This document shows, in pieces, positions 25,985-34,553 of a stretch of 42,106 nt of DNA. Below the pieces are notes generated by a model that saw only the letters and a list, made by a program, of their open reading frames with translations, was not told the DNA's origin and did not search any database. The position numbers and the translations under genes were made by a program. This DNA is from Candidatus Pacearchaeota archaeon (lineage in GTDB: Archaea; Nanobdellota; Nanobdellia; Pacearchaeales; GW2011-AR1). Location of the stretch: assembly GCA_002687255.1 (NCBI GenBank), contig NYZR01000013.1, positions 1 through 42,106 on the forward strand, read 5' to 3'. Position 1 is the first letter of the stretch. Every line of letters begins with the position of its first letter.

Positions 25985-26676
25985 TGGTTATTACAAGCGG
26001 TCGATCTTACCTCATCTAGAAAGGATTTTAGATTCTCAAGGCCCGCCCCCTTCATTTCTTCCCCGTGTAGATCATCTTGGCATGACTCAAATGCTTGCTT
26101 GAATTTCCAGAGGCCTTCGTATGGCTCTTCCTCATCTTCCCGAGTATAGTTATTGATTCTTGTCAACCCTTCGCTACCGATGTAGACTCCGAAAATTGGC
26201 GTAGCATTTTCATAAAAAATAGAATTCCCTCCAGTCAGTCTTGCGGTCGAGAATTCTTCTTCCGCACTCGCAAATGAAAGGCAATCATTATTCCAAATTT
26301 CTAAACATTCGCTGCCTCGTTCTCCAAAGTCTCTTCCTGAGATAACTTCATCTGCCATCTCTTCTGCAGACTTTAAGCCGAGGCCTACCTTGTGATTAGA
26401 TGTATCTATAGCATACCTCATCCCAAGATGTTTGAAATTATCTGAGAACCTCTGGAAGAAGGGATGTCTTCCTCTAAACCATTGGAGATCTGATATTTCT
26501 CCCAGTTCATAGGCTTGCCATTTTTCCCAGTTTGGAGATGTTGACTTCACCTCTGTTAAGGTGTCTTCTAATTCTGCAGCCAGGTCTGCATCCTCTGCGT
26601 AGATCCTGGAATCTAGCTTAATTCCAGCCTCCCTTAGCCAAGATTCCACTGTTCTCTCTAATTCTGTTTTTATCAT
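25981..26676 (-). CDS. Hypothetical protein (accessory)
   Basis: 231-aa ORF, AGGAGA Shine-Dalgarno-like site, distinct composition. Confidence 0.65.
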   Translation of the reverse strand: MIKTELERTVESWLREAGIKLDSRIYAEDADLAAELEDTLTEVKSTSPNWEKWQAYELGEISDLQWFRGRHPFFQRFSDNFKHLGMRYAIDTSNHKVGLGLKSAEEMADEVISGRDFGERGSECLEIWNNDCLSFASAEEEFSTARLTGGNSIFYENATPIFGVYIGSEGLTRINNYTREDEEEPYEGLWKFKQAFESCQDDLHGEEMKGAGLENLKSFLDEVRSTACNNH

Positions 26677-26841
26677 GATTATCTCCTGTGGAATTAACTT
26701 TTAAAACTTCTTCTTTTACTTCCTGTCGTATTACTACAACAATTCTTATAAACACGATAACTCTGGAGACAAGATGACGAAGAATCAGAGATTCTTCGGC
26801 TTGCAAACTCCTGACGGCCGGGCGTCGGGAAGGAGTTAGCA

Positions 26842-27948
26842 ATGGCCGAGGATGACGTTGTTGTTGAGTCACAAGAAGGGCCTCCGGCAGGGAGTGATAT
26901 CGATCAGGAATTGGAGAGTTTGTTGCAGCAGCAGAGCACTCGAGTGAAAGTGGTTGGGTGTGGTGGGGGTGGGGGCAACTGCGTAAGTCGGATGAAGGAG
27001 ATTGGTATTAAAGGGTGTGAGATTCTGGCCATTAATACGGATGCGCAGGACTTGTTGTATACGAATGTAGACGGGAAGATTCTTGTGGGGCGGGAGCTGA
27101 CAAGCGGTCTTGGAGCGGGGAGTAATCCGAAGATCGGAGAAGAGGCGGCTCGGGAGAGTGAGGCAGAGATTAAGAAGAAGTTGGCGAAGAGCGATATGGT
27201 CTTTATTACCTGCGGTTTGGGTGGAGGGACGGGCACCGGGGCGGCGCCGGTGGTTGCGGAGTTGGCGAAGAAAGGGGGGGCGTTGACGATTGGTGTAGTT
27301 ACCTTGCCGTTTACGGTTGAGGGGCAGAAGCGAATTGAGAACTCGCAGTATGGCCTGGATAAGATGGCTTCTACTTGTGATACCTTGATTGTGATTCCGA
27401 ATGATAAGTTGTTGGAGTTGGCTCCGGAGTTGCCCATTCATACGGCGTTTAAAGTGGCTGACGAGATTCTGACGAATGCGGTGAAGGGGATTACGGAGTT
27501 GATTACCAAGTCTGGTTTGGTGAATTTGGATTTTGCGGATGTGAAGGCGGTGATGTCTCATGGCGGCGTTTCTTTGATTGGTATTGGCGAGTCGGATACG
27601 CAGGAGCGGGCGAAGGATGCTGTGGATAAGGCGATTAACAATCCTTTACTTGATGTAGATATTTCTCAGGCTCAGGGGGCGTTGGTGAATATTATTGGAG
27701 GGAATGATATGTCGTTGGAAGAGTATAAGCAGGTGATGGAGGTGATCGGGACGAAGGTAGCGCCGGATGCGAAGTTGATTTCTGGGGCGCACATCTCGCC
27801 GGATTTGGAGAATACGATTAAGGTGTTGTTGATTGTGACTGGTGTAAAGAGTTCTCAGATTGTTGGGGCAGAGGATGGGATTGGGGTGAGTGAGACGCAG
27901 GCTTTGGAGAAGGAGTTGGGGATTGATTTCGTTGCCGATGATCGCTAG
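26842..27948 (+). CDS. ftsZ: Cell division protein FtsZ
   Basis: [17 protein letters not shown] and NLDFADV. Confidence 0.98.
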   Translation: MAEDDVVVESQEGPPAGSDIDQELESLLQQQSTRVKVVGCGGGGGNCVSRMKEIGIKGCEILAINTDAQDLLYTNVDGKILVGRELTSGLGAGSNPKIGEEAARESEAEIKKKLAKSDMVFITCGLGGGTGTGAAPVVAELAKKGGALTIGVVTLPFTVEGQKRIENSQYGLDKMASTCDTLIVIPNDKLLELAPELPIHTAFKVADEILTNAVKGITELITKSGLVNLDFADVKAVMSHGGVSLIGIGESDTQERAKDAVDKAINNPLLDVDISQAQGALVNIIGGNDMSLEEYKQVMEVIGTKVAPDAKLISGAHISPDLENTIKVLLIVTGVKSSQIVGAEDGIGVSETQALEKELGIDFVADDR

Positions 27949-27996
27949 GCGATCATCGGCTCCTCGCTGCTCACACCGCATGAGCGCAGCTTCGGA
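27934..27996 (+). repeat. Two-hairpin element, copy B1, overlapping the ftsZ stop
   Basis: Perfect 12-bp stem GCCGATGATCGC-tag-GCGATCATCGGC, then CTC-GCTGC...GCAGC-TTCGG. Confidence 0.85.
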
Positions 27997-28015
27997 TGAT
28001 GACGACAGGTAAACC

Positions 28016-28450
28016 ATGAAAATAGAAGCACTTAACGAAGAAGGAATGAATCGCCTGAGATTGCTCGCCCAGTCTGAGTTGACATTAACGTTAGGTGCCA
28101 CGGAAGAGTTTCCTCATGTGCCTTCGTCATTGCTCCTGAGTTTTAGTGGGAGATATAGTCCTTATTTCTGCGGGGCTCTCCTTCCTGTTTTTTCTCTTGC
28201 TCCTGGCGATGAGCATCCTCTTGGGTATTCTTTTAGACAGAGGGTTGATACTCCTCTCCTAAGTAATGTTGTTGATTTCGTCTCCCCTCCCAATGGATCA
28301 GTCACTCGTATCTCTCTTTTTGCTGGACCATATGAACTCCATCGTCAGCAAGAGACCTTCCTTAAAAGAGGGATTGATTATGTTGAGATGTCTACAGAAG
28401 ACTATCTTGCTCTTGTGAGGGATTCAAGAGAGGGAGATGTTGCTGTTTGA
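28016..28450 (+). CDS. Hypothetical protein (accessory)
   Basis: 144-aa ORF following ftsZ. Confidence 0.55.
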   Translation: MKIEALNEEGMNRLRLLAQSELTLTLGATEEFPHVPSSLLLSFSGRYSPYFCGALLPVFSLAPGDEHPLGYSFRQRVDTPLLSNVVDFVSPPNGSVTRISLFAGPYELHRQQETFLKRGIDYVEMSTEDYLALVRDSREGDVAV

Positions 28451-28495
28451 AGAGAGCACCGAAACGTTTAAATACGTAATGCACGTAATGCACTT

Positions 28496-28717
28496 ATGGT
28501 TAGTATGACGTTAGCGATACCTGAAGATATGAAGAAGGAACTTGATGAGTTTCCTGAGATGAATTGGAGCGAAGTAGCTCGGGCTGCGATGCGGAAGAGG
28601 CTTGAGTTTCTCAAACAGATTAAGGAATTTACGAAGGACAGTGAGATGACGATGGAAGATGCGATTGAGTTAGGTCGGAAAGTTAATAAGGGTCTTGCTC
28701 GGAGATACCGAAAATAA
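28496..28717 (+). CDS. RHH/CopG-like antitoxin (no adjacent toxin)
   Basis: MTLAIPEDMKKELDEFPEMNWSEVARAAM; ACGTAATGC twice at 28474-28491 (operator-like). Confidence 0.8.
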   Translation: MVSMTLAIPEDMKKELDEFPEMNWSEVARAAMRKRLEFLKQIKEFTKDSEMTMEDAIELGRKVNKGLARRYRK

Positions 28718-28840
28718 GTAAGAATTTTGTCAGTCTTGGATGCGCCTAAAGATTTGGGTTGCCTGCGTGGAGGAGGAGGAGGAGCATAATGAACATTAGG
28801 ATGAGAGGCCATTGATCTTTAATGAATTTTATTATTGGGT

Positions 28841-29035
28841 TCATTTTCTTTTCCCTCTTAGGTAATACAGGAACATAAGATGGAAATCTATATAAATGAT
28901 TGCCCAAAGAGTGACTTCGAGGAACGTTGGTTCCCTGATTTGGTATAGGTAGTATATTAGAGCTATGAGGACTCCGAGAAATGTGGAGAAGGCAATCATG
29001 CTGGTTGCGATCGCTGTTATTTCTTTCGTGTTCAT
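28841..29035 (-). CDS. Small 2-TM hypothetical protein
   Basis: Two hydrophobic helices, own promoter-like element. Confidence 0.5.
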   Translation of the reverse strand: MNTKEITAIATSMIAFSTFLGVLIALIYYLYQIREPTFLEVTLWAIIYIDFHLMFLYYLRGKRK

Positions 29036-29117
29036 TTCTTTGGTTGAAAGATCATAGCTATAAGGATTTGCGTGATGGAACGCATAGGTTTAAAAGTTCC
29101 TAGTTTTTTAGTTGCTT

Positions 29118-29294
29118 ATGGGAGTTGGAGAGAAGATCGGGAGTTTTTTTGTGCAGTGTCGGCGGGTGTGGCACGTCCTCCGAAAACCGACGGGTGAGGA
29201 GTTTGCGTCGATTGCGAAGGTGTCAGCGATTGGGATTGCTGGGATTGGGCTGATTGGGTTTATTATTTCTGACGTCATAAAATTTTTCACCTAG
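29118..29294 (+). CDS. secE: Protein translocase subunit SecE/Sec61-gamma
   Basis: RVWHVLRKPTGEEFASIAKVSAIGIAGIGLIGFII. Confidence 0.93.
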   Translation: MGVGEKIGSFFVQCRRVWHVLRKPTGEEFASIAKVSAIGIAGIGLIGFIISDVIKFFT

Positions 29295-29349
29295 GTTCAA
29301 AATTTTAGAACCCCAAGGATTCACTCATGGCTTGAACATCCTTGGAGTT
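29294..29349 (+). repeat. Two-hairpin element, divergent copy after secE
   Basis: GGTTC...GAACC, then CCAAGGAT-tcactcatggcttgaac-ATCCTTGG; loop begins TCA and ends TGAAC like other copies. Confidence 0.55.
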
Positions 29350-29423
29350 ATTAAGTTCTTTACGTAGTTATGCATACAGAGACAAAGCACAAACCTATTA
29401 AATAATCCATGAGGTCTGTATAC

Positions 29424-30326
29424 ATGGCTAAGAATACATTGGATAAACAGGACTCTAAGAAGATCCCTGCTAATCTTGTTGGGATGAAGTTTGATCCATT
29501 AGCTTCAGTGGATAAGTCTGCTGTATTAAATTATTTCCCTGAAGAACAAGGTGTTTTGCTTGAGGTTGCTGAGAGATACGTTGAGAAAGCATTAACAGAA
29601 TCTACAGGCGACTGCTTTGTAGATCCTGGATGTGGGTCTGCCATACTTAGCCTTGCTGTAGCAAAAAAGTTTGAGAGAGATTTTAGGAAAAGCATACAGA
29701 AAGTTTATGCAATTGACATCAATAAGAAGGCAATTAAATATGCAAAAAGCAACGTTCTGAAGAACGGCTTCTCAGATATATACTCCTTCGCATGTGAGCC
29801 CTATGAAATTGAGAGTGTTCCAAAAAATTCTGCTATGCTTATCAGCCATAATGTTCCATACCATCCAACGCATCCGAAATATGAAGGAAGAGTTTTCACC
29901 TCTTGCGGAGGAGGTGAGGGCGGACAGAAGTTATTAAGAGAATTTCTAAGAGTCTCTAGTTTCCACCTTGCTCCAAGAGGAGTCTTGTATGGAATTGTTA
30001 ATTGTAGAGGTGGTGAGGATCCTGAATTTTTTGACTACATTAGAGATTTCTATCCCACCGATTCGATTTATTGGTATCCTATTCACGATCCATGTAGCAC
30101 ACGTGAATTTCTATCCCACATTACCAGAGGGCAAGAACCTGAATGGGTCGAGAAGATCGCAAAGGATTATCCTAAAAATCATGTCGGCATCTATGTTATT
30201 GTTAGAGATTGTGATGGTGGGAAAATTTCTGTCAAAAAGGAAAAATTAAAGTTAGCCACTGCCGGCTGGCAATGGAGGTTTAATGCTCACAGGATTATAC
30301 AAGACCAAGCCATACAGGCAACTTGA
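29424..30326 (+). CDS. Class I SAM-dependent methyltransferase (HemK/PrmC-like)
   Basis: VDPGCGSA, AIDIN and HNVPY (NPPY-like). Confidence 0.85.
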   Translation: MAKNTLDKQDSKKIPANLVGMKFDPLASVDKSAVLNYFPEEQGVLLEVAERYVEKALTESTGDCFVDPGCGSAILSLAVAKKFERDFRKSIQKVYAIDINKKAIKYAKSNVLKNGFSDIYSFACEPYEIESVPKNSAMLISHNVPYHPTHPKYEGRVFTSCGGGEGGQKLLREFLRVSSFHLAPRGVLYGIVNCRGGEDPEFFDYIRDFYPTDSIYWYPIHDPCSTREFLSHITRGQEPEWVEKIAKDYPKNHVGIYVIVRDCDGGKISVKKEKLKLATAGWQWRFNAHRIIQDQAIQAT

Positions 30327-30339
30327 CCCTATCTTTTTC

Positions 30340-31041
30340 TCATTTTTTCAATGTGTATATCACCCATATTGGAATCTTGGTCTCAGAATACCATTTGAAG
30401 GGTTCATTCCCCGTGGCTAAAGGTTTTCGAGTTTCAACTAGCCGCAACCTTGCCTTTTCGAAGGCCGCTTTGTAATCTTGGTCTGTCCAAATATGGCCGT
30501 AGAGGACAATGTCCGTTCCACGAACAACGGCCTTTCCTTTATCTCCACTTTTCAGATTTTTATTTTCGGGCCAGTCACAAATGAAAGATGCCCAATTATT
30601 CTTGTGAGCCTCTGGTGTCCCATCAACAATTATGATTGCGCCTCCTGGCCGCAACACCCTTTTCATTTCTTTCAAAACTTTTATCATCTCCTGTGATGTG
30701 GAGATCTCTAAGAACACTATGCTGGAGAAGATAAGATCAAAGCTGTTTTCTGGATATGGGAGGATGCCACTCTTGATCTGTTGGTAGGTGCCTTCTGGAT
30801 CTCTCTTTCTTGATTCCATAATCATGTCTTTGCTAATATCCACTCCAACCACATCCAGTCCCTGACTTTTTAGAAACCTCGTAGGTCTTCCCCCTCCACA
30901 ACCATAGTCAAGAGCCGTTTTCCCCCTAACATGTTGCCTAATAAGTTCAGGGATGTCACGGTAAGCCAGCCAGAATGAATCAACAATACCTAGGTCTGCA
31001 TAAGCTTTCCCAAACTTCTCATAATCATTATCCCTTGCCAT
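30340..31041 (-). CDS. Class I SAM-dependent methyltransferase
   Basis: ALDYGCGGG, GVDIS, SFDLIF and RVLRPGG. Confidence 0.9.
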   Translation of the reverse strand: MARDNDYEKFGKAYADLGIVDSFWLAYRDIPELIRQHVRGKTALDYGCGGGRPTRFLKSQGLDVVGVDISKDMIMESRKRDPEGTYQQIKSGILPYPENSFDLIFSSIVFLEISTSQEMIKVLKEMKRVLRPGGAIIIVDGTPEAHKNNWASFICDWPENKNLKSGDKGKAVVRGTDIVLYGHIWTDQDYKAAFEKARLRLVETRKPLATGNEPFKWYSETKIPIWVIYTLKK

Positions 31042-31198
31042 GCTGGAGACAATCTTCCATCATTTAAGAATTTTTACAATGCATTCTCTGTTGATGTAGG
31101 AAGATTTATATAGCCATTTTGTCCGAGAAGAAGGTCTAACTACATCCTTGCTCGCTGGATTTCTTGGCGAGATGAGGCATGCTGTAGGGGATACGAAG

Positions 31199-31819
31199 AT
31201 GAAACTTGATGAAGCATTGAAGGAAATTCGGAAAGGGAAGGAACGTAAGTTCGATCAGTCGGTAGACTTGTTGATTAATCTTCGAGGGGTTGACCTGAAG
31301 AGGGATAATGTTAATGTGGTGGTTACTTTGCCGCATGCTCTCGGAAGTAAGAAAGTATGTGGGTTTTTGACGAAGAAAAGCGATCTTGTTACTTCTGTTC
31401 TTGAGCCTGATTTTCAGGGCTATGCAAAAGATCCGAAGAAGTTGAAGAAGTTGGCTGATGAGTATGACTTCTTTATTGCGGCTGCTCCGTTGATGCCGAA
31501 GGTTGCTACGACGTTTGGTAGAGTGCTGGGGCCTGCAGGGAAGATGCCTTCGCCGCAGTTGGGAATTTTGGCTCCGGAAAGTGATGAGTCGATTCAGAAA
31601 GTGTTGAAGGAGATTGGGAGTTCGGTGAAGTTGCGGGCGAAGGAAACGAGCTTGAAGTTGAGTATTGGGAAATTGAGTATGGAAGACGCTGCGATTTCTG
31701 AGAACCTGCGGGCGATTGTAAAGGGTGTGCTTGGTGTTCTTCCGAGCAATAGAGAGAGTGTGAAGAATGTTCTTGTCAAAACGACGATGGGGAAGCCTGT
31801 CGCCGTGGAGGGTTGGTAA
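31199..31819 (+). CDS. rpl1: 50S ribosomal protein L1 (uL1)
   Basis: RKFDQSVDLLINL, GRVLGPAGKMP and KTTMGKPV. Confidence 0.95.
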   Translation: MKLDEALKEIRKGKERKFDQSVDLLINLRGVDLKRDNVNVVVTLPHALGSKKVCGFLTKKSDLVTSVLEPDFQGYAKDPKKLKKLADEYDFFIAAAPLMPKVATTFGRVLGPAGKMPSPQLGILAPESDESIQKVLKEIGSSVKLRAKETSLKLSIGKLSMEDAAISENLRAIVKGVLGVLPSNRESVKNVLVKTTMGKPVAVEGW

Positions 31820-31822
31820 TTA

Positions 31823-31870
31823 TGAAAATCAGAGATTTTCAAATGTTCGCAATAGGAGGTATTGCTTCGC
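31823..31870 (+). repeat. Two-hairpin element between rpl1 and rpl10
   Basis: TGAAAATC-aga-GATTTTCA, 7-nt spacer ending TC, GCAATA-ggagg-TATTGC, then TTCG. Confidence 0.6.
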
Positions 31871-31873
31871 ACT

Positions 31874-32866
31874 ATGGCTGCTGAAAAGAAGTTAGGGGCT
31901 GCGCAGGTTGCGGCGTGGAAGACTGAGTCGGTGAAGAAGTTGGCGGAGCAGATGAAAGGAGCGAAGACGGTGTTGTTGGCCTCGATTAAGGGGTTGCCGA
32001 GCGGACAGTTCCATGCGATTAAGAAGCAGTTGCGAGGGAAGGCTGAGATTGCTGTGGGGAAGAAGTCTATTGTGTTGAGGGCGTTGGAAGCTACGGAGAA
32101 GGGGGCGCTGCAGAATTTGAAGAAGGAGATTGGAGCGGACATTGCGTTGTTGTTTTCTGATATGGATGCGTTTGCTTTGTCTGGGCTGTTGACCGAGAGT
32201 CAGAGTAAGATGAAGGCTAAGGTTGGAGATATTGCTCCGGAAGATCTGGTTATTGAGCCGGGGCCAACTGACATGTTGCCGGGGCCGGCGATTTCTGAAT
32301 TGGGTGCGGTTGGACTGCAGGTTGCTGTGGAGGATGGGAAGATTGCGATTAAAGCTGCGCATACGGTTGTTAAGGAAGGGGAAGAGATTTCTGCTAATGT
32401 TGCTGATGTTCTTGGGAAGTTGAATATTGAGCCAATGAAAGTTGGGTTCGGCCCTTTGGCTGCTTATGATGCTGAGGCTGATAAGGTGTATGTGGGTATT
32501 CGGATTGATAAGGAAGGTGCTTTGGAAGCTTTGCGAGAGGCTCTTGGGAAGGCTTTAGGGTTTGCTGTTTCTAAGAGGGTTATTAATTCTGGGACTGTGG
32601 GTTACTTTTTGGCGAAGGCGGAGGCTGGGGCTAAGGCGGTTGAGGGGAAGGTGCAGGAAGAGGGTTCTGAGTCTGAGGGGAAGGAAGATAGCTCTAGTGA
32701 ATCTTCTTCGGAAGGGAATAATGATAAGGAAGAACAACCGGGTAGTGAGGAAGGTGCTGGCGGGGATGATGGTGAGAATGGTGGGGATGCTGGTGCTGCT
32801 GAGGCTGATAAGGCTGAGGAGAAGAAGGAAGAATCAGATGAGGGGGGAAAGAAAGATGGCGATTAG
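31874..32866 (+). CDS. rpl10: 50S ribosomal protein L10 (P0/uL10)
   Basis: AKVGDIAPEDLVIEPGPT...PGPAISELG; follows rpl1; acidic tail. Confidence 0.95.
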   Translation: MAAEKKLGAAQVAAWKTESVKKLAEQMKGAKTVLLASIKGLPSGQFHAIKKQLRGKAEIAVGKKSIVLRALEATEKGALQNLKKEIGADIALLFSDMDAFALSGLLTESQSKMKAKVGDIAPEDLVIEPGPTDMLPGPAISELGAVGLQVAVEDGKIAIKAAHTVVKEGEEISANVADVLGKLNIEPMKVGFGPLAAYDAEADKVYVGIRIDKEGALEALREALGKALGFAVSKRVINSGTVGYFLAKAEAGAKAVEGKVQEEGSESEGKEDSSSESSSEGNNDKEEQPGSEEGAGGDDGENGGDAGAAEADKAEEKKEESDEGGKKDGD

Positions 32867-33110
32867 TTTTCCTGGGACTAACTATGGACGTTCTGGAAGA
32901 GTTCACCCAGATAGTATTGCTTCAGTTTCTTACCTCACCCTTATGGGGCTACAAGAGAGAGGCAAACTTAGAGAAGGCGTGATGAGGGCAGATGTTGATG
33001 GTTTCGTTGTTGGAGTGACCTATGATGGGAGAATCATTTTTGCTCCTGACGAATTTGAGTATGAATGTGATGGATTTGATGATACAACTACACAAGGGGG
33101 CTCTAGATAA
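32856..33110 (+). CDS. Hypothetical protein inserted between rpl10 and rpl12
   Basis: MAISFPG..., overlaps the rpl10 stop. Confidence 0.5.
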   Translation: MAISFPGTNYGRSGRVHPDSIASVSYLTLMGLQERGKLREGVMRADVDGFVVGVTYDGRIIFAPDEFEYECDGFDDTTTQGGSR

Positions 33111-33111
33111 A

Positions 33112-33537
33112 ATGAATGTGTTGGGCGGCTTGGTTGCTGCGGAGAGAATGTTGAGAAGGATTAAGGAAGGAGAAAGGAGGCGGGAGGGCAAGATTGTGGA
33201 ACTGGGTGATGGCTTCGACTTAAGCAGTCTTGAACAGGAGGATGTTGTGAGGTTTGGATACGAGGGTTGTGGGGGATTTAAGGTTGTAGAAAGTGCTGAT
33301 GAGAGTATGATTTCTATTTACGGCCCCCTGATCAATAGGCTCAATAGAGCCATAGAGATTAGATCCTGTGCGACCATTGAATCGAGAATCGATAAAACGT
33401 GCCTTATCATGCCTAGAGAGAACCATGAGATACTTAGGAGAGGGGATGAAGGATATGATGAAAAGGCACGAACCCTTGCAGGATTAGGTTTTAGGGAATT
33501 TTCAGATTACATCATTGAAAAGGAGGACGCTAAATAA
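33112..33537 (+). CDS. Hypothetical protein inserted between rpl10 and rpl12
   Basis: Abuts both neighbours (TAAAATG and TAATG junctions). Confidence 0.55.
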   Translation: MNVLGGLVAAERMLRRIKEGERRREGKIVELGDGFDLSSLEQEDVVRFGYEGCGGFKVVESADESMISIYGPLINRLNRAIEIRSCATIESRIDKTCLIMPRENHEILRRGDEGYDEKARTLAGLGFREFSDYIIEKEDAK

Positions 33538-33842
33538 TGGAATATGTTTATGGTGCTTTGCTCTTGCATAAGCTTGGTCAGCCGGTCACTGCGGAGAGTT
33601 TGACGAAAGTCATTTCTGCTGCTGGTGCTGAAGTTGACGAGGCTAAAGTGAAGACACTGATTGCTAGCCTTGAAGGTGTGGACATCGGTGCTGAGCTTGA
33701 GAACGCAAGTGCGGTAGCCGCTGCTCCTGCAGCTGGCGGTGCTGGCGGAGATGCTGGTGCTGCTGAGGCCGATAAGGCTGAGGAGAAGAAGGAAGAAAAG
33801 GCTGAAGAAAGTGCTGCTGGATTAGGCGCCCTCTTCGGTTAA
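33537..33842 (+). CDS. rpl12: 50S ribosomal stalk protein P1 (L12p)
   Basis: MEYVYGALLLH...AAGLGALFG. Confidence 0.97.
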   Translation: MEYVYGALLLHKLGQPVTAESLTKVISAAGAEVDEAKVKTLIASLEGVDIGAELENASAVAAAPAAGGAGGDAGAAEADKAEEKKEEKAEESAAGLGALFG

Positions 33843-34011
33843 CCTTTCTTGATTGGTTACTGAAGGGGCTCTTGTAGCTTCGGTGCTGGTGTAGTTCTAG
33901 GAAGGCTTAAAGATTCTTTCAGAATCTTGAGGCCTTCAAGTTCGATAGAACGTGAAGGTTTATAAGTCTTTGACGAGAGTTCTGTATATCGCAATGATGA
34001 ACATTGCGGCA

Positions 34012-34071
34012 CCGAGGAGGCGAGCTCCTCGGACGCACAACATCTCGAACGCATGAACGATGTTGATGTGC
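34012..34071 (+). repeat. Two-hairpin element, copy C2, abutting tRNA-Ser
   Basis: CCGAGGAG-gcgag-CTCCTCGG, then ac, then CAACATC-tcgaacgcatgaac-GATGTTG. Confidence 0.7.
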
Positions 34072-34152
34072 CGGCATTGGGCAGTGGCCGCCCGGCAGGC
34101 TTGAACCCTGCTTTCCATTACGGATATCTCGGTTCGATTCCGAGTGCCGGCG
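34070..34152 (+). tRNA. tRNA-Ser(TGA)
   Basis: GCCGGCA/TGCCGGC acceptor stem, GCAGG-CTTGAAC-CCTGC, long variable arm, CTCGG-TTCGATT-CCGAG, G discriminator. Confidence 0.9.
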
Positions 34153-34251
34153 TTCTATGGAAACCAAGGTTTCCCTTAGGAACCCTTCCTTTAAGAGACT
34201 AACAGTTTCCTTTGCTAACCTTCCTTTTAGTTAGTCCGCTACGCTTGGCGT

Positions 34252-34521
34252 TTAACTAAACAAACCCTTCCAGAATGATTCTTTCTTGTTGGTGACGGTG
34301 GTTGCTAGTTCTTCGGGTTCGACGATTTCATAAGTGATTCTTGGTTTGGTTTTTAGGACAGGGGCTTGGTCGGCGAGTTCTTCATCTACTCGTTTGAAGG
34401 CTCGCTCGATTTCTGTTCGGGAGTGACCTTGGTTGAGAAGGGCGACACGGAGAGAGTCTTTGGTGTAGCCTTTTTTGAGGTTCTTTTTTATGTAGACTGC
34501 TAGGTCGGTGAGATAGGTCAT
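34252..34521 (-). CDS. Conserved hypothetical protein
   Basis: YIKKNLKKGYTKDSLRVALLNQGHS helical domain; promoter upstream. Confidence 0.7.
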   Translation of the reverse strand: MTYLTDLAVYIKKNLKKGYTKDSLRVALLNQGHSRTEIERAFKRVDEELADQAPVLKTKPRITYEIVEPEELATTVTNKKESFWKGLFS

Positions 34522-34553
34522 ACTTTCTTTAGTGGTTGGCGTTTTATAAAGAT

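Noticed and set aside
29060..29096. TGCGT-gatgga-ACGCA hairpin as another element copy
   Set aside because: Explained by back-to-back BRE-TATA promoters for secE and the divergent gene; no second-hairpin core
31140..31198. L1 autoregulatory site in the rpl1 leader
   Set aside because: A CTCGC/GCGAG stem exists, but I could not match the L1-binding internal loop with confidence
33990..34068. C/D box sRNA (ATGATGA...CCGA)
   Set aside because: No convincing C'/D boxes, the putative guide simply pairs with its own 5' end, and the region fits the palindromic element family better
34070..34152. Selenocysteine or suppressor tRNA
   Set aside because: The anticodon is TGA (reads UCA, Ser), not TCA, and the acceptor and T stems are the standard 7/5
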